This document shows positions 24,201 to 36,369 of a stretch of 64,000 bases of DNA, piece after piece. A program made the translations under genes and the position numbers. Source of the DNA: Tubulanus polymorphus (lineage: Eukaryota > Animalia > Nemertea). The notes under the pieces are model-generated. The model did not search any database. It was not told the DNA's origin and saw only the letters and a list, made by a program, of their open reading frames with translations. Location of the stretch: contig NC_134027.1 of assembly GCF_964204645.1 (NCBI RefSeq), forward strand, positions 9,084,485-9,148,484, read 5' to 3'. How positions within the stretch are numbered: the first letter of the stretch is position 1; each line of letters starts with the position of its first letter.

Positions 24201-24854
24201 GGGGAACAACGTGATCTAGAAATCAACGCGTCATAAAATTGAACAAGATCTTAATTTTTTTGCAAAATTTATACAATAATTTTTTTTTCATAAATTTGAT
24301 GAATTACATTTGAATTGATAAATGGCACAATGAAACATGTCCCAATTAAAATGCCGCGGGCTGGGTCGTTTTTAGGAACATGGTTTGAAGGATTTGAATA
24401 AAGTTGATTTTATTTCTAAGAAACCAAAATAATTCAACTCGTGTAATTCATTTGAAATTAGTGTAAAGCTTTTAAACAGTGAATATATTCTTCCCAGATT
24501 CTGGGAGGAAATTTCGACGGGAAATTGTTTTTCGCATCCTGAATTTTTACTTTTATTCACATTGGAGGTGATTTCCTCATTCGATCTTTTCAATCAAAAG
24601 TTTAAAGAATCTAATGAAGTTCTAAAATTGTTGGGAAGTGTCACTGATCGTTCTGTGAAAACCGAATCCGATACGCGCAAGTGTTATGGTTCAAATAATC
24701 GACTGTGGTGGCGCTATCGTACGGTAGGGTCGCGACGGGAACGGGTCGAGAGAGTAACGGGTCGAGAGGGGAACGTGGATAGCTCATATGCAACTCCTCG
24801 AATGACTTTGAAGTAGAAACAACAAAAAGGACGGCTCCGACATTGGATCGAAAA

Positions 24855-27259
24855 ATGGCGACCACCACCAGCACTGTGATGACAACGACATGTAGTAGCA
24901 AAAATACGCAGGCTCATAGCGATGAAGACATCTTAAAAAACTCTATGTGCGAGGATGATCCGAACCAAAACAGTCCAGTGAATGTGAGTGAAAAGAAACC
25001 TCGATGGGGACCACAGCACACAGGCGCACAACTACTCGCAGCTCAGTATACACCCGGTACGTTCGTCTAGCATTTTTGGAATTACATAATTTGATAAGAT
25101 AAAAACCCACTATGTACAAATTAAAAGAATTTTGAAATGGAGAATTGATTTATTCAAAGAATCTAAAGTCTAAGATACACAACGTTTCGATCTCACCCTA
25201 GAGATATTGACTAAAACAGGATAAGAGAAGAGTGAATTACATAATTTGATATTTTTGGAAGTGGATATTTTGCCAATGCAAGAATAACAGGAATAATGCC
25301 GCATTAGCAAAATATTACCTGTCAATTTTTACACTGAAATATGCAATCATTATGTAATTAGGACACCTTATTCAGTAATGGTGTACTTTTGATTCTCTTT
25401 TCAATCACTTCGGCTTTCAGCAAGTGGAAACGCATTCGATTGTGTTGACAGAGGTTTTGCCACACTCAGAAGGATATCTAGCCTAAGGCTTAAAATTAGA
25501 CACAAAAACGCCTAATTTTACATTCAGCTACAAGTAACACATACAAAATATTAGTTTGTCCTTCATTTTAGGAAAGTTATTAGGACATTTCTGGGCAATT
25601 CTAATCATTAGTGTCACATGAAACTCCTATTTCCCAAGGCAAATATCTGTAACGCTATGTTACAAGGGTGTATAACAGGCTGTGACGCTATGTGAAACCC
25701 CTGTAACTTAAAGTGAAATATCTGTAACACCCTGTAAGGGTGTAACAGGCTGTAATGCCTGTAACAGTCTGTGGAACCCCCCTGGTAACTCAATATTATG
25801 TAAGGCTTAAAATGGGACAAAGAAATGCTTAACTTTTCATCAAGTTACAAGAGTAAACTCATAACATAATTCGTACTTCATTTTGCTAAGCTGAAAGGAT
25901 ATCTCAGCCATGTAATTCTACATAATCTTTAATGTCCCATGATGCTCCTATTACTGAAGGAGGTAATTATTATTCAAAGTAACCAGTAGACATACAAATG
26001 AAACTACATTGTTTTTCCAGGCATTTATCTGATTGATGGTTGACTTATCAAACAAAAGATTTGAGCCAGCGCCAAACCGTCTGCTGGCCTAAATAGGATC
26101 CTTTTCATTCTTGGCAATAATTTTTGATAATACATTGGATTTATTTTTTCCAGGAAAGCGTTTGCAAGAGACGGTGTGTGTAGGCGTTGCGATTGTCTTC
26201 ATGGTGTTCAATCTATTCCAGTTTGCTAGGCATTTCGATTACCAAAATTGGTATGTCATCATCATTTGTGCTGGTAAGTTGTTTTGCTGATCGAATAGAC
26301 TGTATGAACGTTGGTCTAGAGCCTGATTGATTAAACAGGAATAATGGCAAATTTAAATACATTTAATCATCAATACAATACTAAAGTCTATTTATTAATG
26401 TATGAGACCTGTTTTTCTGGGATATTTTGCTTACTTTTTGGGGTACATACCTCATTTATGTCTTAACAGAATGCCAAAAATCGCGGACAACAACTGAATA
26501 TCCGATATATTTCCAGTTCTGTACCAATTAGATGGATTGGCAAAAAGACTCCTTAAGTCCAGTTGAATGAGAGAGAAAATCCTCCATTTTGTCAAATTTC
26601 TTGGATTTGAACATTGTTACCATGCCTACGCCACCCTGATTTAGTTGTTGAGACCCCACAAGAAAAATAACTTCATTTCGTAGGCATGGTGACAATGTAA
26701 AAATTCAAGAAATTTCACAAAATGGAGGATTTTCTCTCATTCAATTGGACTTAAGGAGTCTTTTTGCCAATCCATCTAATTGGTACAGAACTGGAAATAT
26801 ATCGGATATTCAGTTGTTGTCCGCGATTTTTGGCATTCTGTTAAGACATAAATGAGGTATGTACCCCAAAAAGTAAGCAAAATATCCAAGAAAAACAGGT
26901 CTCATCAATTAATAAATAGACATTAGATCACGGAATTTTCCCAGAATACAATTACATAAATCCCATATACTGAATTCATCTTTTCTTTGCAAAGCACCGT
27001 CATTGTGGCAGGCTCAATCGCACGTTATAAAATCCGCCCCATCAATTATTTCATTGAAAAGCAGGTTTTAAAAGCAAACATTTAGTACATATTGATCATA
27101 ACGAAATACAATCCAGCATAAGCAATTTTCTTTTTCGATTCATCTATCTTCCATCTACTCAAATGACAATAAGAGGCTTTTTTACAGTAAATTATAATTA
27201 TAATTACGGTTGTAATTATTATGATAATAATAATAATTACTATTATTTTCATTATGATT

Positions 27260-27344
<85 letters not shown>

Positions 27345-30262
27345 TATTATTATTTTATTATTATTATTAGCATTAGCATTATTATTATTATTATTAGCAT
27401 TACTATTGTTATCATTACCATCAATCTTCTTTTTTTCTCTAGGGGGCCTGAACGTCCTAGTGATTGTACAGCCTTTAAGGCTCTGTTCAGGTCCCTCATC
27501 ATCAATCTACTTATTTGTTATACATTTTATTTGTAATTATAATTGATGATGAAATAAATTACATTACATACCCTTTTCCACTGATTGCTTGTCATTCCGT
27601 TGAAAAATTAGATAGCTAGGCTGTTACCTTTTGTTTTGGAATTTTGCTTAAATACTGTTATGTAAAGCCTATTGGAACTGTTCTTTTTCAGTACTAGGTA
27701 TAATCACAGCAGATTTTGCCAGTGGTCTTGTACATTGGGGTGCTGATACGTGGGGCTCTGTAGACACCGCTTTTGGAAAGGTAATTACTTAACCCTTTCA
27801 GTGCTGACTAATTAATACCCTATAGTGCTGGAGAAAATTTGAAAATTCTAAAAAATTCCACCCTAGTGTGTTGAACAATGGGAATACCACTATAGCGCGT
27901 CTACACCGCAGTGCGGTGTATCGTTAGTTACTAGTATTTCACTATGTTTGACACTTTCTGCCATTTTTCAATAGAGATAATTACAAATTACTAATTACAT
28001 CAATACACCGCAGTGCGGTGTTCTAGCAAAATCCATCACTGATTTATACACCGCACTGCTGTGTAGACGCACTGAAAGGGTTAATCAATATGAATTATGA
28101 GGAATTTACTTTAACTCGTGTAATGAGTTTGGATTTTTGCAGCGATAACGTAGAAATTGTCCTGAAAGGTTGTCGGGGTAGCTCTTCTATTTCTCGAAAA
28201 AGAGTGGAAAGAATTATGAAAATTGAATTGTCGAAATAATGTAGTTAGTTTTATGCGAAATTTCAGGCTCTTATTCGTCCATTCCGCGAACATCACATCG
28301 ATCCGACGGCGATAACGCGGCACGATTTCATCGAAACCAACGGTGATAACTTCGCGCTAACTATATGCGCGACTGGTCTGCTCACGTATCGGTTTCTGAC
28401 CTGGGAGGCCGAAGAGTTGAGGGCGGCGTATCCGTGGCATTCCTATCTGTTTTTATTAGCTATCTTCGTCAGCTTAACCAATCAAGTAAGTTGCTGTGAA
28501 CAGCTGTGATTTTAATTGAGAAAATGTCTTTTGTTGATTGCGTTAGTTCTGTTGCCTTAAGCGGATCTCGATCTTCTGCCTGGAAATTTTACAAACTATT
28601 GAAAAAGCCCTGAAATTGGGAGTGGAGAAAGTCCTTGTATCAGGGCAAAAAATCAGTCGTGGTCATGTGTCAGTCATGGGTTTTCAATACAGGTGTGAAA
28701 TTTTGAAGAATTGAACAGGGAACGCACATATCTGTCAAATTTATCAGTATTTGTTGTGGAGAGGAACACCACTTACGCTACATTTAACCTATAGACCCTG
28801 TATTTAATTCGATGTCTGTGGAATTTTTTGGGACATAAAGAATCAATTGCTTAATAGTCATAATGTACACATGCAATTGTCTTGAACTTTGAAATTTTGG
28901 TGCGAAATTCTATTATTATAAACACGTTATTAGATAATTTTTCGTAGTTCAAAGATTGCTATGCTAACCTTGACTGCGCGAATATCATTCTCGTGGATAT
29001 TTGCACTGTGTACTTGCATAAATTGCTATTTGTCATTAAAACTGATGTTTGGTGTTTGATTCGATTTGAACTTTGTTCTTTTGCCAAATGTTCGAAAGTC
29101 CACAAAATTTATGATTCAGGATTCGGGTCCACAGTTGTCTGATATAATTCTTATGGAGTCAAAATAAGTTCATTTTCAATCAACCTGTCCACAGTCACGT
29201 CTTAACTCACGGATGTGGAACATGATCTGGAAAATAATCTTATAATTGTACAGGGTCCTGTTTTGGGAATATTATAAAGTCGAAGTCCATTATACCGCCT
29301 GCCTATATAATGCCATGTTCATTCGTTTTATTGCCTGAAAATCGTGTTCAACTAACCGGCTGTGTCTAGAAACATGTGAATTTAGTTGGTTATAATGCCA
29401 TCCGCCATATGCCACGATTTATCTAGTACGTATTGGTATTAAAATGAATAACGGGTTTCGTTAAAACCCATTATTAATTATTGAATATCGTCAGTCTCCG
29501 TACGCTTACCGGTAGATGTATTGATTTACTATTCACACGTAAACGAGATCGACTTTTTCTACCGGTACTTAAATCGATTTCCCGATTGGTGCAATTGACT
29601 GACAGTCGGTCAAACTTCACCTCACTTACACGTCATATCCAGCCATCTGTTATAATGCGGCATTATGCCCAGGGCCAAGTTTCACAAATAGGTTTAACTC
29701 TTAAATCGATTTATTTTCTTCATTTATTCAGTTTATCTTAAATTGATTTACGCCTTAATCCTTATTGTGAAACTGGGCCCAGGTTGTTATAATGCCCAAC
29801 GGTTCGGATGGTAGCGGTAAAATTGACTTTGACTGTGCATTTTATAAACATTTTACGGTAAAATTAATGAAACTTCCAAAAATTTCTCCTCTAAGTTTTT
29901 TGGGTATCATTGTTCTTTGTCATGACTGTGCAACCTGTGAACTATGGCTTATATGCCATTCGAGGTGAATTGAATGAATAGATAAGCTCGTCCATTTTCA
30001 GATACACAAGTGGTCCCATACGTATTTCGGCTTGCCGCGTTATATCACGATATTTCAAGATCTCCACATAATCTTACCACGTCGGCACCACCGCATACAC
30101 CACGTTGCGCCGCACGAAACGTATTTCTGCATCACGACCGGCTGGTTGAACTATCCGCTGGAGTTCATACGATTTTGGCCGACGTTGGAGTACCTTATCG
30201 AACGCATAACTGGCATGAAACCACGATCTGATGACATGAAATGGGCTCAAAAAACCCAATAA
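24855..30262 (+). CDS. PEDS1: Plasmanylethanolamine desaturase 1 (TMEM189/CarF family); exons 24855-25056, 26154-26273, 27692-27780, 28267-28485, 30002-30262
   Basis: [104 protein letters not shown]. Confidence 0.96.
25640..25790. repeat. Degenerate CTGTAAC-rich minisatellite
   Basis: Recurrent CTGTAAC, GGGTGTA and CAGGCTGT subunits. Confidence 0.5.
26381..26926. repeat. Long near-perfect inverted repeat (foldback) in PEDS1 intron 2
   Basis: Arms ~26381-26630 and ~26679-26926 around a 48-bp spacer. Confidence 0.92.
27190..27420. repeat. Imperfect (ATT)n microsatellite
   Basis: Direct reading; source of the poly-Ile ORF. Confidence 0.95.
27441..27570 (+). mobile_element. Probable LINE (L2/CR1-type) 3' end
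   Basis: GGGGCCTGAAC...GTTCAGGTCCC stem, T-rich tract, then AATAAA and a TTACA repeat tail. A similar AATAAA(GAATT)n tail is at ~22400-22553. Confidence 0.45.
27793..28080. mobile_element. piggyBac-type MITE 12 bp downstream of the PEDS1 exon 3 donor
   Basis: TTAA|CCCTTTCAGTGC ... GCACTGAAAGGG|TTAA. Confidence 0.85.
29673..29780. mobile_element. Short Harbinger-type palindromic MITE; similar-style elements at ~32967-33105, ~35520-35624, ~39166-39303 and ~43598-43849
   Basis: GGGCC(A/C)AGTTTCACAA ... TTGTGAAACTGGGCCC termini with CWG-like flanks. Confidence 0.55.
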
Positions 30263-31208
30263 GCTTTTGGTTAATGATCTACCGTAAGTAAAAGTGCGAT
30301 CAAACCATATTGTTTGTAGTAAAAACTTTTGCTTGTTTTGTGTATGGAGTATTATTTAATGAAACGAGACAAAACTATTCATGTTAATTGTATGCTTTGT
30401 GCCCTGGGCAAACTGCGGCCATCGGAGTTAGGAGACTATTAGCGAACTGAAACCAAATGTCAGTTAGTCGGAACTGTAGTTCAGAAATGGTCAACCATGG
30501 GATTGAGCAAAGTCGCTGTAGTTGGGACCTAGTTTTAAGACGGCCGATACTGTGTAATATGTTATGAACAAACTAAAGTGCGTTTGGTTATTAGTTCCGA
30601 TCACTATTCGACTTACTATGAAAACCGAAGTTTGCCTTTGCTGAACCTCCTGGGGCCTGTGTCATAAATAGCAAGCCTAACTTATTTATGTTATATGAAT
30701 TGGAAATTCATTTCCATAAATGTATTTCGTTTCTCTTTTCAGTGTTTGCATGTCAATGTATGTATGCATGATGATGAATAGATTTCCGCTAGAATTTTTT
30801 TGTGATAAACGAACAGCCAATAGAACAAAAACACTAATATTGTACATGCGTGAAATATCAAAAAAAATACTGAAAAATGTGTCTATTTAATTCATACGTT
30901 TAAAACCCAGTGTGAAAGGCAATCATGATAAAAAAACGAAACTGTCGGCTTTGGTATCATTAGCTACATTAGCTTCGGAAGAGAGAAAAATTTGAATAAT
31001 CAATTCCTGTGTTGATACTGATCAGAAATCAGAATTTTTACATCTTCATGTTTTATAAATGTACTGCGCAGGGTATGTTGATTAGGGTTAAATGATCTAA
31101 ATGGACAACTACTAAGTACTATGAAATGATGTTCATAGATATGTATATCAATTCCCACCGAAGAATGATTAACCTGTGGATTTCAATGTTCCTCAGTTCA
31201 TTTCTTAA

Positions 31209-31788
31209 CCCTTTCGCTACGTGTGACGTTTTGGAAACGTCATATGAGTGACACTTGCTGTGCGTATGACGTTGTAGAAACGTCATGCACCTATTGATTT
31301 ATAACTCGAACGCGTACACAGCAAACAGTATGGAAACGCATGTAAGACAAGATAGTTAGCTTTCTAAACAACAGATGGCGAAAATGCGTCAGTAGTTGGT
31401 GCTGTCAGCCTGTTGAGCACATGGTAATTTGCGCGGGATTGAGATGGCTCCCCACTTACGTACCTCTACCAGCGGAAAAGGATATCCCATATCAATTGAA
31501 TTTCTTTCATCCACACCGTAGCATCAATCACCAAAGACTGAGATAGGCACTTGGGTGAAAAACTGAAAAAAAAAAAATTTTTAACCCATCCTGACCCCCC
31601 CCCCCCCCAACACGCCCCCCCCTACAGAAAAGGCTGTTGGTATGATTTTTTACTGATTTTCACTAAATAACATCATAATCTTCGATAAAAACGCGAAAAA
31701 TCGGGGTTAAAAACAATTAGAAAAAAATCGAATTTTTCGGAAAATACCTTACGTAGGGGGTGGTGCAAGCGTGTACGCAGCGAAAGGG
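31209..31788. mobile_element. piggyBac-type MITE downstream of the PEDS1 stop (probable 3' UTR)
   Basis: TTAA|CCCTTTCGCTACGT ... ACGCAGCGAAAGGG|TTAA. Confidence 0.85.
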
Positions 31789-33599
31789 TTAAGTTAAGCT
31801 ACTTCATCAACCCACAATTATAAAATCATCGGCAAAGATTGGAACTTGATGACATCGCTACACTCAGCCACGGCACGAACCAACCCCTGCCACACTAGAC
31901 TGGGTGTGCAGGCATATGCGCAGGTTTACCCCACTAAAACTTGCAGCACCAGTCAGATTGCTCGTAAAATCGCTGAGGCAAATTTAACGAAAGAACAATA
32001 TTTTTGGGAAAACCTGGGCTAAAAAAAAATAAAACGGGATATCTGACTGGCTTATAATGACATTATCTAAGCAGCGCACTTGGTCTAGTGTGGCAGGGTT
32101 TGGTACTGTGGTTATTTTGATGCCCTTCAGTTGGAATCCCTGCTGTGGAGGATGGTGCCGATGTGGTTTAATCGGTTTTATTTAATGTCTGTATATTTTG
32201 CTTTGCTCTTTGTTTCAATGAGCAATTGATATCATGGTTAACTTATGTCGTAAATGTCGAAGTAAGACGAGTGTGCTGTTTAAGTTCCTTGTAAGAAAAA
32301 AAACATTCTTTAGAATAGAAGTATTTTTGTACTATGGACGATGCTTTTGAAACATTGAATTATTTAAAGTAAGAAATACCGGACCGGGTTTGTTCAAACT
32401 TGCTTTCTTGGCTAGTTTGTGTAAAACTTGTTTATTATAAGCATTTTTATTGATTGATTATAATGAACGACATTCAGTTTCATTGTAACACATACTATTA
32501 TATGATTGAAATCATTCAAATCAAAAGATCTCATTGTTTAGAATACTCTACATGTCCAGTGAATTTGATGTAGAAGCTCAAATTGAATTCATCTGACCGC
32601 CCTGTTATTGGAGCAAAACGGATGACCCCTAGATTGAATTGTAGAGTCTTGAAGCAAAAAAGTTTTACGAGGCTGATAGTGGTCTACTAGTGTGTGCTAG
32701 GCCTTCTTATACGTTATGTCTGCTAGCCGCTACTCTAAGAAATATGCTGATGTACTGATCTGAAGTGGCTTCATCAACATGTTGTTGATGTCGAAAATGA
32801 ATTTATGTTAAAAAAAATTGATACTTAGTTTCTCATTTTCTACTCAGCTTAAAAGTATACTCGGTCCGAAATTACCTGTTATTTAAATCGTAATCAAACT
32901 AAAACTGTTACAGACTTGGCAATTTTATTGCGGTTTACAAAATGACCTGGCCGATTACTAGAAACTGGGCCGGTTCCTCAGTTGGGACTTAAGTCCAAAA
33001 ATGGTCTTGAATTCTAAGGCTGGTCTTAAGTTGTTAGATTGGTTATAGAACTAACATGGTCTTAAATTGGTCTTAAGTCTAAGCAATGACTATGGAACCG
33101 GTCCAAGGTGTCATTTTATTTTAGCCCAAAAATAGCGGTAATTGGTGAATCGATATCATTTTCAACATTTTGTCAAAATTGTTTTTTTACTGGTGGAGCT
33201 AAATTCACGTGTTCAGTTGAACAAACCGAACCCATTACAGTATTATAGATATCTCACCGGTTTATATAGATGATCCATTGTGAATGACTGTAGTATTTAT
33301 TTATCTGCAGATTCGTTTTGACGTAACATATATATGTATTTAAATGCGTTGTATTTATTTTATGTGCACAGTGTATTTTGTGGTATTTTAAGGGAACATA
33401 AAGTGTGCGTTGTGTAATTGTGGCAACTGAATGAGAAAAATTGTTACATTGTACATGTAAGATGAAAGATACTGTGCTAGTGGAACCTCGTTATGATGAC
33501 CTTGGATATAACGATCTATCGTTATAGTAATATTAAGTGATAAATGACGTATTACAAACCTCGAAATTCGTCCCAACTAAAGTCTATTTATTTTCGGTT

Positions 33600-35010
<1,411 letters not shown>

Positions 35011-35624
35011 CGAATTTAAACCGGAACCCTAAAACAGTAATTTGTATATATGTATGTATGCATGTGACAATAATGTATTTTCTTTTCTGTGCTCGAAATT
35101 TTGTTAAAAAAATGGAGAAATAAAGATAATAATAATATTTAAAAAAAAGGATGGTCGTATCAAAGCTGTGGGTAGTTGGGTGTCGAATGGGATCGGGATC
35201 TGTGAGCATTTGTGTCCAGCACACAGATCAGAACGATCATAGTTAGTGTAGTTAATACGTCCAGGGAGAGGTAACATGTGAAATGAGGAAATAAAAAATG
35301 TATTTCCAAACCACATTTTCCAATGCATTCATTTGAAAGAATCAAATGATTTAGATTTCATCTTTTATTTTCGATCACTCATCATCGTACGAGATACTAA
35401 TTGGACGCCGTCTGATCTGATCCAGGACGTATTAACTAAACTACGTTCATAGTCTGATAAGCAGACAGTGGCTGACGATCGATCTGCCTTGAGTCGCGAA
35501 GTGAGGTCTGGGTCACATTCGGGGCTCGTATCAGAGTTGTTGTAGGTAGTGTAAAAACAATATTCTGTTAATCCAGTGTACAGATTATCGTTTTTACACT
35601 CTACAACTCTGAACCGAGCCCCTG

Positions 35625-35841
35625 TGGTCTGGGCTCATACAGTTTGAGGGAGCTCTGATGCAGCAGGCAAAGGACAAGTGCCACAACGGAGAAGGGTCCA
35701 GCCAACACCAGACCAACGGAATTCATTTGTGCATACTGCAGACAGGACTGCCATTCGCGCATCGGGCTTTACAGCCAATGCCGACGCTGTTCAATCCAGG
35801 GCACAACCCCACGATCCTCTGAGAACGAAGGATGCATACTA
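35625..35841 (+). mobile_element. 3' fragment of an RTE-clade LINE
   Basis: Translates EFICAYCRQDCHSRIGLYSQCRRC (from 35719), matching the RTE C-terminal CxxC...SRIGLxSH zinc finger. Ends GAAGGATGCATACTA, like RTE 3' tails. Confidence 0.8.
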
Positions 35842-35920
35842 GCCTGATAGGGAGGTGCGAGACCCCGAACTGGTGAAGGGTCTTCGTTCTAATGTTTCGC
35901 ACTGCTCCTTGGCTATCAGG
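35840..35920. repeat. Small hairpin element starting TAGCCTGATAG, probable MITE
   Basis: Nested stems CCTGATAG/CTATCAGG, GTGCGA/TCGCAC and GACCC/GGGTC. Confidence 0.5.
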
Positions 35921-36369
35921 AAAAGAAATGGGCCAATTTAAAAAAAAAATTTATCGGCGTGCCTCTAGCTGTACAGAAATACTTATAGTATGTCCCGAAC
36001 CAGCCACCATGGTAGTTAGGTCCATATCACTGATTCTGGTATTTTATCATATACGATCGCTAACCATCTATGATTCCGGGGAAAAACTGTTTTCTTTTCA
36101 TATTTTCACAAGATTCATTTTAAAACGATATACATGTACAATTTAAGAAATCGGTTTGGAAATTGTGCACATTTACTCAGTTTTAACTACTGGAAGTACC
36201 CGGCAAAATCTGCCAAATTCGTCTCCGAATGCGAAGTCGGACAAAAATTACGGTCCCAAGTGTTCGCGTGTTTACTCTACTTGGAATTTTTAAGGTGAAA
36301 TTGAAAGCTAAAGACTAAAGATTCTAACAATTGTTGAACCACAAGGCGTAAGAGCTCTGACAAAAATAG

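Larger units (their letters stand above)
19576..24785. mobile_element. 5.2-kb foldback element with very long TIRs containing 59-bp tandem arrays; no transposase ORF seen
   Basis: Left end GAGCCATCCACGTTCCCGTCTCGACCCGTTACT mirrors right end GTAACGGGTCGAGAGGGGAACGTGGATAGCTC. Similarity continues ~19576-20345 vs ~24230-24785 and then into opposite-strand arrays. AT/TA-rich flanks make the exact ends uncertain by a few bp. Confidence 0.88.

Noticed and set aside
27082-27303. Poly-Ile ORF
   Set aside because: Translation of the (ATT)n microsatellite.
35840-35920. Hammerhead ribozyme in the hairpin after the RTE fragment
   Set aside because: The core reads CTGATAG rather than CTGANGA and the pairing is a simple terminal inverted repeat.
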